DNA of 64,000 bases, taken from NCBI GenBank assembly GCA_951406725.2, contig OX597831.1:15190001-15254000 (forward strand), written 5' to 3'. Positions 11,455 to 22,860 of this stretch are shown here, piece by piece; the first letter of the stretch is position 1, and each line of letters begins with the position of its first letter. The stretch comes from Octopus vulgaris (lineage: Eukaryota). The notes under the pieces were generated by a model. It saw only the letters and a list, made by a program, of their open reading frames with translations, ran no database searches and was not told where the DNA came from. Made by a program: the position numbers and the translations under genes.

Positions 11455-13306
11455 TCTGTGGTCTTTTTTTAGGGAGGGGTATGTTGTGGAGGATGGTGTC
11501 GAAAGCTTCGTTATTGAGAGGGTTGTGTGTGGAGATGTATGGTAAGGCTTTTGGTTGTAAGTTTTTCTTTGATTTGGGATGTCTCAGTTCCTTGATGTTA
11601 AGTTGAAGGGCACGTTGAATGCACTTGTCAATAAGTGAAGGTGGATAGTTCCTGGTGATTAGGGTATCTTTTAGTTCTTGTAGTCGTGTGTCTCTGGTGT
11701 TTGCGTTAGAGACTATAGTGCATATCCTTTTTGCTAGATTGAAGGGGATATTCATCCTGGTGTGTCTGGGGTGGCATGAATTGAATGGAAGATATTGCTT
11801 AGAGTCTGTAGGCTTATAGTATATGTCTGTTTCTATTATATTATTAGCTTTCTTAATGAGGATATCGAGGAAGGGGAGTTGTTGTTGGCTATATTCCATC
11901 GTGAATTGGATGTTTACGTCCAGTCCGTTTAAAATTTTCTGGAATTCTATGAGTTTTTCTATATTTTTATGCCAAAGGATGAAACAGTCATCTAGATATC
12001 TCTTCCAGTTGTTTTCTATGTAGATGGAGAAAGGGCTGCCATATCTTTCTAGAACCTTACGATACAGACTGATCTCTAGGTATCCTATGACTAGGTTGGC
12101 AAAGGAGGGGGCCATTCGTGTACCCATCGCAGTCCCCGATTTTTGTCGGTAGAAGTTGTCATTGAAGGCGAAGAAGTTATTTTCCAGGATGAATTTAACC
12201 CCTTCTATCACAAATTCTTTTTTGATGCGGTGTGGTAGTTCGTTGGCGTGATTCTCTAGCCAGAATTGGATTGCCTCTAGTCCTAGGTTGTGGGGGATAT
12301 TGGAGTAGAGGTTGACTACATCGAAGGATACCAGTATGGTGTTTTTGTTTATAGTATTCGGTAGGTGATTGAGCATATCTAAGTCGTCCCTTATATAGCT
12401 TTTGACATGTTTGAGGAGTGGTTTTAACAGGGTGTCTAAAAAGTTACTGAGGCGGTGGGTTTCGCATGCGGGACCTGCTATTATGGGTCTCAATTTGAGG
12501 TCATTAGGATTAGGGACTTTAATTATTTTGTCTGTAGCTATCTTGCATGCGTTGCTTATTTTTTCACTTTTGTGGATCTTAGGTATACCGTAGAATTGGC
12601 TAGTTTTACTTGTGAAATTGGTCATATAATCATATTCTTTGTCGGTGAGCCCTGCTTTGTATGGGTTTAATATGGATTTTAGTTCCCTCATTATTTTTTG
12701 TTGACTGTAGTTTTGTGCCTTTTCATAGTATGTTGTGTCTTCCAGCATAGAAAGTACCAAAGTTATGTAAAATGTCGTATCCATTAAGACAACAGCACTC
12801 CCTTTATCGGCCTCTTTGATTGTTATTGTTTTATCTAGTTTTAATTTGTTCAACTCAGCCCATTCTTTTTTGCTGAAGTTTGGTTTGTGTTTTTGTTTGT
12901 GCATATGTTGATATGGGTAATTTGATATGTGGTCACAGAAATCATCAAGTGTTTTATTCTTACCTTTCGAGGGGGTGTAGTTACTCCTATTTCTGGCTAA
13001 CGATTCGTCCTCGTTGTATTTATCGTATAGCTCCTCAGTAAGTCTTAATTTTCTGCAGAATTCTGCGATGTCTTCTTTCATTTCATTGTAGTTGGGGTGT
13101 TGTGGGGTGGGTGTAAACTTGAGTCCTTTGGAAAGTATGTTTATTTGGTTTGCTGTTAGTTCCTTGTGAGTTAGATTAATAATTTTTATTACTTTTGGTT
13201 CCTCCTGCTTGTTTGGTGCTATCTTGTGTCTCTGTGTTTGCGTATTGGGTCTAAAAATGAATGCGGTGGTTGGGACGGTAGCTAGTATATAGTTGTTCTT
13301 TGTTGA
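11402..13306 (-). CDS. PLE reverse transcriptase (frame open 75 codons upstream of the ATG at 13081)
   Basis: Motifs INLTHKELTANQINILSKGLKFTPTP (upstream of the ATG), ADKGSAVV, FYGIPKIHK...LRPIIAGP, SFDVVNLYSNI, GTAMGTRMAPSFANL, WKRYLDDCF, LPFLD, YYKPTDSKQYLPFNSCHP. A 1-nt frameshift near 11472 separates it from the endonuclease. Confidence 0.95.
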   Translation of the reverse strand, partial: STKNNYILATVPTTAFIFRPNTQTQRHKIAPNKQEEPKVIKIINLTHKELTANQINILSKGLKFTPTPQHPNYNEMKEDIAEFCRKLRLTEELYDKYNEDESLARNRSNYTPSKGKNKTLDDFCDHISNYPYQHMHKQKHKPNFSKKEWAELNKLKLDKTITIKEADKGSAVVLMDTTFYITLVLSMLEDTTYYEKAQNYSQQKIMRELKSILNPYKAGLTDKEYDYMTNFTSKTSQFYGIPKIHKSEKISNACKIATDKIIKVPNPNDLKLRPIIAGPACETHRLSNFLDTLLKPLLKHVKSYIRDDLDMLNHLPNTINKNTILVSFDVVNLYSNIPHNLGLEAIQFWLENHANELPHRIKKEFVIEGVKFILENNFFAFNDNFYRQKSGTAMGTRMAPSFANLVIGYLEISLYRKVLERYGSPFSIYIENNWKRYLDDCFILWHKNIEKLIEFQKILNGLDVNIQFTMEYSQQQLPFLDILIKKANNIIETDIYYKPTDSKQYLPFNSCHPRHTRMNIPFNLAKRICTIVSNANTRDTRLQELKDTLITRNYPPSLIDKCIQRALQLNIKELRHPKSKKNLQPKALPYISTHNPLNNEAFDTILHNIPLPKKRPQNEHNPPNTHDHKKQKTA

Positions 13307-14092
13307 TTAGGGGTCTCCTGTTGTGATTTGTGGTGTGTGTTCTTGGAGCAGTATTGAGGAGAGCATCCCGATATCCCATATTCGGGTGTGGTGTTCTAGG
13401 AGGCCTTCGTTGGTAATCATTGCAAGTGGTGTGGGTTTGTTGTGCATGGTTGTTTAACCGGTTAATGGGACGAAGATTTCGTTGGTAACTCCTTTGGGTG
13501 GGGATGAGGTTGCAGTGTCTATGCTGTGGGTGTTGATTTATCCTTTCTCTGCTTGAAGTGGGGTATTCCTGATATTGTATCGCTGGCTGCTTACAGAGTT
13601 GGGGTTAGGTCCTGTATTCTTTTTTTGATAGTAGTGAAGGTTCCGATTTTTAGACGGGTGTGTATCGGTGTTTGGGTGTTGTTTTGGTTTTCTTATTTTC
13701 TGGAAAGGGTTGTTGGAGGCGTGCTCTGTTTGAAAGACGGCTTCATAGTCTGAGAACCAAGTGGCGCTTTTCTCCCAGCGTTGGAGAGATTTTTTAGTAT
13801 AACACCTACGCTAATTCTATAAACAATCCTGAATTGAACTGAGACTGCCAGCCGCCACTGACCATTCAAAATACGACCATCAGGGCACTCCCAGATTCTC
13901 CCACCCCCTTTCCTCACCAGCCTTCCCTCTACTACCCTACCAAGAACTCACAACTACCTCGAACACACAAGTGCAAACAAGGGAGTCAGAGAAAGGCAGA
14001 ATGCCACTTAAATCTGAACACTACTATAGAAATATTCTTTTAAAAAAACTTTTCTTCTAATTTTTCTAAAAATAAATTTAATTATTTAATCG

Positions 14093-14136
14093 TTACAGTT
14101 GAAAAGGTCTCAAAATGACCGAAACCGGTACTGAAA
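14093..14136 (+). ncRNA. Minimal type I hammerhead ribozyme (U3-A8 variant) in the inverted pLTR
   Basis: ttacagTTGAAAAggtctcaaaatgaccGAAAccggTActgaaa, identical to the copy at 10172-10215. Confidence 0.85.
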
Positions 14137-14183
14137 TGTTCACTATAAAATTATTTTAGCATTTTTCTATTTTTTACTTGTTT

Positions 14184-14245
<62 letters not shown>

Positions 14246-14959
14246 GTGCGCGTGTGTGTGTGTGTGTTTGTGTGTGTGTGTATGTGTGTGTGTGTGTGCG
14301 TGTGTGTATATATATATATATATGTGGGTATGTGTGTGTGAAGCAGCGATGAGTGTGAAACAGAAACAAAGTCACACATGTGTTTTGGAACGAAGTTTGT
14401 TACCATACAGCCACACCTTCACCAATGTATGTGTGCATGGGCGTATATATATGTTCATGTATATATGTGAATATATATGTGTACATATTACATGTACATC
14501 TATATATATATATATATACATACCACATATACATGTATACGTATACATCTATATGTATAGAAATAAATATATATATATATACAACTATACACATATACAC
14601 ACACACACATACATAGGTGCAGGTGTGGCTGTGTGGTAACAAACTTCGTTCAAAAACACATGATCCTGGGTTTAAATTTAAATTTAAAATAAGGGTTAGA
14701 AATTGAATATTAATATGAATTGAAAACCAGTGGTGTAGCATATATGACCATAGCTGATCTTCCTCTGGCAAAATGGATGTCCACTGTTAATGATTCATCC
14801 CTCTTATATAATAGTTTGACTTTAATAGTTTCAGTATTAAATTGAAAGTATCTGACATTACAATAGAGAGATGTTTTTGTTTCACTTTTAACACGTACTA
14901 CTGAAATAGTGGAGAAGATAATGATATTGATGTGGGCTCGCCCTAGGCAAGAAGTTAGA

Positions 14960-15308
<349 letters not shown>

Positions 15309-15870
15309 AATACAGACTGTTGTAAAACTGTGTACAATATAGTGAAAAGCCAGGTGAATAAAATGAGTACAACGTGCACTTATATATATTTTACATAACT
15401 GTACACAAACAATTAAATAGAGTTTTCATGTAAATTTACAGTCAGAAATTTTAAAACGACAAAGCGTTGAAAGTCATCTCCTTTAATTGTGAATTTTGTT
15501 TTTTCTTTATAGTAAACATTCTTAATAAATAGTTCAGCTGAGAATAGAATATTGAATGCTAATTGAAAATAATTGCGAAGGTAACAACAAAGAAGTGTTT
15601 TTAATGAAAGTTTTTGAGATTGAATGGAAATTGAAATGAGATGGTTGATAAGAAGTAATGAGAAATTCATTGTATGATCAGGGAATAATGAGTTAGGAAT
15701 TGGGAAATTGTGTGTTTTTTAATGATTTCCCATTTGATCATTGCTTTTTTTATTAATCATACACACATACATATATATACATACACAAATATGGGTGTAT
15801 GTGTGTGTATGTGTTGTGTGTGTCCGTATGCGACTATGCATTTAAATATCCTTGAGGAAAAAGAATTATA

Positions 15871-15903
<33 letters not shown>

Positions 15904-15904
<1 letters not shown>

Positions 15905-16138
15905 GAGGCGCAATGGCCCAGCGCTTAGGGCAGCGGACTCTCGGTCGTAGGATCGCGGTTTCGATTCCTGACCGGGAGTTGTAAGTGTTTATTGAGCGAA
16001 AACACCTAAAGCTCCACGAGGCTCCCGCAGCAGGTGGTGGCGAACCCTGCTGTACTCTTTCGCCAAAACTTAATCCCTTTGTCTGTCCTTTTTTGTCATC
16101 TGTAATTTACCCCCCTTTGGGCAATAAAGAAATAAATA
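15904..16138 (+). mobile_element. tRNA-derived SINE (third family) with a Tx1-like tail
   Basis: GGAGGCGCAATGGCCCAG A box and GGTTTCGATTCC B box. Body shared with 48430-48557. Ends gggcaataaagaaataaa. Confidence 0.8.
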
Positions 16139-16151
16139 ACATTGAATTTAC

Positions 16152-16321
16152 CATCCTTGGTTGTTGTTTTAGATTTTAAACACGCCAAGACCGACTTCTT
16201 ATCAACGAATTGAAAGAATGCTGTCAGTTGATCAATGTTTTCCATCATTTTACTATGCTTATGTGAGTCGCCACTCTGTATATATTTAGTTTGCAGAATG
16301 CGACCCTGGGTTTCTTTCAAT
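16152..16321 (-). other. Candidate internal exon
   Basis: Acceptor tttttctatgcaatacag and donor ATG|gtaaat. 170 nt, open in one frame (LKETQGRILQTKY...KTTTKD). Confidence 0.4.
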
Positions 16322-17176
16322 CTGTATTGCATAGAAAAATGCACAACTACACTTACATTTATAGAAATCCCTTTATCCATCCATAAAGAAACATTCAACC
16401 ATAACATAAAGGCACGATTGATAAGAATGTGTGAGAAAGAGAAAATAAATATTTACAAAGAATAACCACCGTAATCAGTGGGGAATTAACGAACACAACG
16501 GGGCAGGGTCACACCATTTACAGAAGGACTGATATTCAGGCATCCGTTCATTTCTTGTTTTGTTATCCAATCTTTATTCGTGCAGATACATCGATAACAC
16601 TAGATATATTACTATAGAAACCAGAATTTTCTGCTCAATATATCTCCTTCAGTGAAGAAAACAAATAATTATGTAATATAAAAGTCTGAAGTGAGTAGGA
16701 ATCCAAAGATCAGAGGTGGGGGGGGGGGACTTGTGTCTAAAGATAAATATAAACCTTATATTCTAAAACCTTTTCTGCTTTGATTGCTCACCTGAAAACT
16801 AATATTTTATATGAGAAGTAAAACAGGTGTCAGAGGCGATTGCTGAAAGAAAACAGCAACACGTAAAGCAAAATCTTATTGAAGTCAGCGCTCAGCGAAA
16901 TCTATATGTATAGAATAACTATTGATTTCTCACGTTCACATGAAACGATAGGCTGCAGAAGGAAGGCATGCATAGTTATGGGTATATATTTGGGATCATT
17001 AGCTAGTAATGTAACCACATTGCTTAATGAATCAAATTCAGGGAGTAAATCTTATAATAAATATGGAGTATTATCGGAAGAATGGTGATACATTGTATGA
17101 CAAATATTTTCGGTTCTTCAGCTCTAAATAAGGAGTCATTTTGTCAACTGACTCAAATGTTGGGAATAAATCTTAC

Positions 17177-17380
17177 ACGGAATCTGAAATGGATTGAGAG
17201 CGTGTTGCTTCGATACTCTGTCGAGAACCTCTGTAGTCGACTTGTTGCCAAACCACAATGATCCTCAGTTCATTGGGCCAAACTATCGACGTGTCGTGAG
17301 CGTGATACTGGCGAATGGAAAATCCAACATCGCCATACGATTAAAGAGGTCTGAAATCTGAAGAGGCAGCTGCTGTGTCA
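17177..17380 (-). other. Candidate internal exon
   Basis: Acceptor ttactttcccacag and donor CGT|gtaaga. 204 nt, with a stop in every frame. Confidence 0.4.
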
Positions 17381-18813
17381 CTGTGGGAAAGTAATTTTAA
17401 AAACCAGGGGCGGTTAACTCACACGTGTTATGCTACATTTCATCATCTTACCGCCTGTTGGTGCAAAACTCTCTTGATACACGCGAAACAAAATTGTTCT
17501 AACTATGCGATTATAAAATCGATTCTTGACAGCAAGTAATTTAATAACTCTGAAAATTTGAAAGACAAGGTGAAATCATGTCGCATTTTAACACGAGTGG
17601 TACGTATTAGATACTGATTTCGAAAACTTGCACAAGAACATAATGCTGGGAGATTTGATGGTAGATTAAACGGATCAGAGTGCTTCATTGTTTCATTATC
17701 TTACCGCCTTAAGAGATGAACAACAAATTCAACTTCAGTAGAGGTTTAACTCAGATCGTAACATGCTCTGTTATAGGAAAATCATTTTAACAGTTCTATC
17801 GATCCGCTTGACATGGATTGGCTATTATTACATTTCAGACGCATATTACAGTCCGACGTAATCATCATTGAAAACTGTCAGTTCAGTGAATTAAATGAAA
17901 GCTAGTATAAAACCATTTTATTCCCACGAGACGTGAAAGTTTTCAAATTCGTTTCTCCATTCATCGTCTGTCTCTTTCAAAGCGAATGAAATCAAAATTT
18001 TAATCAAATGGCAAATGGTTACTAATTTTATCTACGAAGCATCTCTCGTTGGAAGCTATACATTGAAATTATATGCAATATGCAAAATTGTTTCCCGGTT
18101 GGGTATTTTTTCATGGAAAATAAATAGATTTCTTAACGATACCGCAAGAAAATGTAAGTTAGTAGAAAGCGGAACATTAGCATAAGATTTATTGACTGAA
18201 ATCATATAATTAGGAGGCAAAATTCTTAAGTATTTCTCCGTTGGGGAAACTAGTAACTTAATGTGAAACTATATTTAGAATAAACGTACATAGGAATGGT
18301 GTGGATGAGTCAGCCAGTAATATTTATTGAAAAATAAATCAATAATGTATTACTAATCTGTTATAAATTAATTTTTTCTACTCTAGACACAAGGTCCGAA
18401 ATTTTGGGGGAAGTGACCAGTCGATAACATCGGACCCAATACGCAATTGGTACTTAAGTTATCGACTCCGAAAAGATGAAAGGCAAAGTCGATCGCGTCG
18501 GAATTTGAACTCAGAATGTAAAGACAAACGAAATACCGTTAACCATTTCGCCCAGCGTGGTAAAGGTTCTCCCAGCTCACCGCCATTCAGTTGAAAAATA
18601 ATGTTTAACTACTGGCGCAAGAGTGTCTGTGTAACAAGAAGCTTGCTTCCCAACAACGTGGTTTCGGTTTCAGTCCCCCAGTCCCACTGTGCAGCACCTT
18701 GGGTAAGTGTCGTCTACAATAGCGTGGGTCCGACCAAAACCTTGTGAACAGATTTGGTAGATAGAAATTAAAAGAATATCCTAGCATGTGTGTTTGTTAC
18801 CGTGGTCGGTGCC

Positions 18814-18865
<52 letters not shown>

Positions 18866-18869
18866 ATGT

Positions 18870-19048
18870 ATATACTTTATTAAAAAACAGCAAATATATC
18901 ACAAAAGCGGTTACTCAAGGTTTCACTTTCCCGTTCGTCGGAGAGTTTTTGTGATATTTTTGCTGCTTTTTTATGAAGTATATTTATCTACCTCTGGTAT
19001 TCGAGTACTAATTTTTTCCACTTTGTTTCGCATTTGTGTGCTTTCACT

Positions 19049-19050
<2 letters not shown>
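18870..19050 (-). mobile_element. Short TA-flanked element with a degenerate hammerhead (18903-18949), inserted in a SINE
   Basis: The - strand reads CCGACGA-acg ggaa agt-GAAA-ccttgag-TA, enclosed by a ~37-bp inverted repeat (18870-18906/18946-18983). It splits the SINE 18613-19365. Confidence 0.55.
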
Positions 19051-19123
<73 letters not shown>

Positions 19124-20403
19124 CTGTATGAATTCCTGTATATATTTATATATGTATGTATGCGTCTTTGTGTCTGTGTTTGTCCACCCACCATCACTTG
19201 ACAACTAATGTCGGTGCGTTTACATCCATGCAACTTAGCAGTTCGGCAGAAGAAACGGATATAATACGTACCAGGCTTACAAAGAATAAGTTCAGGTGTT
19301 CATTTATTCGACTGAAAAATCGGTGCTTCAGCATGGCCACAGTGAAATGAATGAAACAAGAAATGGAATGAAAGGACATAGTGAATTTAAGTGAATGGAC
19401 GAGGATTAATAACTGCAAAGCCTTTAAGCTACACGTTTCGTTTGGATTCCATCATATCAAAGCGGATATAAATAAGATTATGTAAATATTACACTCTGGC
19501 CATTAAGTAATGTGTGACTTGAAGCAACTTCATATAAGAGCATAAATAGACATATTATTACTGTAATAAGGGAAAATAAGATAGATGTTGAAGAGCATTT
19601 TGCTATAAATTGCCGAAAATGGACATATAGATCTATAAGTATAATAATCAGAAAGAAGATGGGTATTGGAGATGTATTTTGTTATACTTTGGGAAACAAT
19701 GAACTAAAGTAGAATATGTATTAGACTTTTGTTTAAGAAAAAGGAAAAAAAAATGTCATATAAACAATGACGACTGGCAAAGAATATTTTTTTATTTTCA
19801 TGTTTAATAGCATTTGTCTTCTGATAGAGAGGACGTGAAGAAAAAGGATGTGTTAGAAAAGGACGTGAAAGCGAAAAATTAATCGAATGCTGTGGACTAA
19901 GGATTGAAGTGGAAGATCTGGTTTTGTTAACAGAAATAAGAGTTACAAAACAATAAGAAAAATGTATTGATATAAGATGATAACACGTTATAAAAACAAT
20001 ATTTGCAGGATAAGCAATAAGTAACGAGAATCCTGTGCGAGTATTTTAGCCACCCAGGTGAAAGATGGGAGGATAGAAAGACATTCACATACACATGCAC
20101 AGAGAGGCACAAACACACACATTCGCACACACACAGAGGCACTCACACATATGTATTGATGTATACAAATACACACTCACACACACTCACACACACATAT
20201 ATATAAGTTCATCAAAATTTAGATTCAAATGAATATGGTACTTAAGTCAGATGCACCAGGATTTTGTACGGTGTTATCCATATAAATCCATGGTTGATTA
20301 TAATCAAAGTAAGCAACAAGAATATCTTCGGTAATTTGATACGATCGGTTCACGCTACATCATTTTATTAAATATTGTAAGTATTACACCAGTTTTAGCA
20401 ATC

Positions 20404-20438
<35 letters not shown>

Positions 20439-20719
20439 AACGCACACATACACACATACACACACACACGCGCACACACGCGCGCACACACGCGCGCACA
20501 CACGCTTAGAAACCTTAGACAGAGCGAAAAATGTGCTATCGAATTTGTTCCGGTTGTATCCGCTCTGATTTGAATAACGGATGTGGTCAACAATGTCCGT
20601 CTACTAAATTTCCTTTTAAGGTCTCGCTTCGGCTGGATCTATTGGAGAAGATATTTGCATTTCGAAACAAGATAGGGAAGAAAATGTTAATTAGAAAGGC
20701 ATACCGACACCTACATATA

Positions 20720-21066
20720 TACATAATTTAGGTTTTTCCTATCAAGCTGTATAGGAATATCAGGAAAAATGTGAACCGGTGGCTTCTGCTTGATACCTAA
20801 AATTTGCTTAGGAGTAGGGCAAGGTTGGTGGATTACTTCCGTCTTCTTTGTGCTGATAGACAAACCAAAAGATTTACAAGCAGCAGAAAACCTGTGTAGA
20901 ATGGACACAAGAGCAGCCTTCATTCCCTCATGCAGGAAGATGACAACATTTAGCATCGCATCAGGGAAGCCAAGATTTTTCGGAATTTTCCAAAGTGTTT
21001 GGCAGTTAACACTGTGGAAGGCGTTAGTAAGGTCGACGAATACAATAAGCAGCTTTTGATTTTCTC
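20720..21066 (-). mobile_element. RTE-clade LINE RT fragment with an internal deletion
   Basis: IVFVDLTNAFHSVN...LWK...LGFPDAMLNVVIFLHEGMKA is joined directly to RFSAACKSFGLSISTKKTEVIHQP. Confidence 0.8.
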
Positions 21067-21116
21067 AAGTACCCTCCCTAGATATATGCATCTGTGAGTA
21101 TGCGTGTATGTGTGTG

Positions 21117-21154
<38 letters not shown>

Positions 21155-21156
<2 letters not shown>

Positions 21157-21550
21157 CGCAGGAGTGGCTGTGTGGCAAGTAGCTTGCTAACCAACCACAT
21201 GGTTCCGGGTTCAGTCCCACTGCGTAGCATCTTGGGCAAGTGTCTTCTGCTATAGCCCCGGGCCGACCAATGTCTTGTGAGTGGATTTGGTAGACGGAAA
21301 CTGAAAGAAGCCTGTCGTATATATGTATATATATAAGTGTGTGTGTATATGTTTGTGTGTCTGTGTTTGTCCCCCTAGCATTGCCTGACAACCGATGCTG
21401 GTGTGTTTACGTCCCCGTCACTTAGCGGTTTGGCAAAAGAGACCGATAGAATAAGGACAAAGAATAAGTCCCGGGGTCGATTTGCTCGACTAAAGGCGTT
21501 GCTCCAGCATGGCCGCAGTCAAATGACTGAAACAAGTAAAAGAGTAAAGA
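21155..21550 (+). mobile_element. tRNA-derived SINE (second family, with an internal microsatellite)
   Basis: GGCGCAGGAGTGGCTGTGTGG...GGTTCAGTCCC...CTTGGGCAAGTGTCTT...CAGTCAAATGACTGAAACAAGTAAAAGAG. Relatives at 18613-19365 (+), 45928-46310 (-), 46405-46460, 50880-51045 (-) and 55150-55215 (-). Confidence 0.85.
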
Positions 21551-21700
21551 TTATATATATACATATATACAGGGAGGGAGAGAGAGAGATAAATATATAT
21601 AGTTCAGTTTCCGAGTCCTAATTCTGAGCCCAGTGCAAACCCAGGACTGGGTTCTGTTTATGCATTACTCCCCCTCCTCCTCCTCCTCCTCCTCCTCCTC

Positions 21701-21765
<65 letters not shown>

Positions 21766-21893
21766 GCTACTACTACTACTTTTTTTAAATTTTCATCGTT
21801 ATCAACATCATCGTAAGGCTCTCCGTCTCCTACCTAACCTCCGCACATTGGTAGAATTAAGCATGTCAAAGACATGCACACGCACATGTATAG

Positions 21894-22802
21894 TGTTATG
21901 GTTTGGCTAGTGCAGTATTTCTTGACCCACTTTGTGGGAGTGGCGCCTGCAGGTCTAGAGTCAAAAGCGAAAGGCCTTTGTTTACTGGAAGAGTAATGGC
22001 TTTTGGGGGGACCTTTGGCCTTGTGCGGTCGATTGGAGGTCGTTCTAGACACCCCTTGAAGAAGAGGAAGAGGAAAGTAGTGAGAAAGATAGAGTAAGGG
22101 ATCTGAGAGCTGTCATGAGAGAGTGACAGCAGCAGCGCCGATAGAGATAGGTAGTTAGGGCTGAGAGCAGATAGAGAGGGTATGAGCAGTAGAGACAGAT
22201 TGAGGGGTAGTGATAGAGGGACAGTAGGTATTCGGTCGTCAAAGCGAACAGTCGGATTTTGGTCGTCAAGCCAAGCAGTCGGCGGTTTTGGAGTATTGGG
22301 ACAGAAAGAGATATATACAGAGGAATAGGCGGCTGTTAGAGAGGAACTACAATATGGAACACTGGCTATTCAATTAGGAATTAAGGTATTTAATTATGTA
22401 TTGATACGTGTCACGATGTAAAGAGACTGTAAAAGAAAAAAAGAGAAAGAAGAAAGAGAGAGAAAAAGAAGGACTCTGATGTAGTCGTTAAAGACATTGA
22501 ACTGTATATGACTTGTTGATGTGTTTTGAAACAGAACTGTGTCTTCGGGCGTGTACCTTTGAAATGCTGATGCATCGACCTTGTTGTTTCCTTTAAATGC
22601 TTTGATGTTGTAACAATTGATTGTCATATAAACTAGTTGTTAAATGTAAGCCAGTTGTTGCCTTGCCGTTTTGTGTCTCTCTCGGTTGCCTCTGTAACTC
22701 TGTGCTGCTGCTGCTGTTGTTGTAGTATCTCTCCTCTCCTCTCTCTGGGTTCCGTGGCGAACTTGCCCGTTCGTGTGAGCGGCGACGGGTGATTCCGTAA
22801 CA
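21894..22802. mobile_element. Solo LTR (909 bp), probably Gypsy-type
   Basis: TGTTATGG...CCGTAACA inverted termini. Flanks ATAG/ATAT give a 3/4 match to a 4-bp TSD. Composition is distinct from the flanks. Confidence 0.7.
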
Positions 22803-22819
22803 ATATGTATGTGTATGAC

Positions 22820-22860
<41 letters not shown>

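Larger units (their letters stand above)
10114..14194 (-). mobile_element. Penelope-like retroelement (PLE), near full-length, probably Naiad-type, with inverted pseudo-LTRs
   Basis: Contains an RT ORF and a GIY-YIG ORF on the - strand. 10114-10518 is the reverse complement of 13790-14194 (one mismatch seen). Each arm has a hammerhead motif, and both ends abut (TA)n. Confidence 0.95.

Noticed and set aside
11460-11480. Programmed frameshift between RT and GIY-YIG
   Set aside because: PLEs normally encode RT-EN as one ORF. A single extra C in a C-run explains the break, and the second copy has similar C-run indels, which suggests mutation or assembly error.
13693-13917. 74-aa ORF spanning the pLTR junction
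   Set aside because: It is a chimeric frame across the inversion breakpoint at 13790, and most of it is antisense pLTR.
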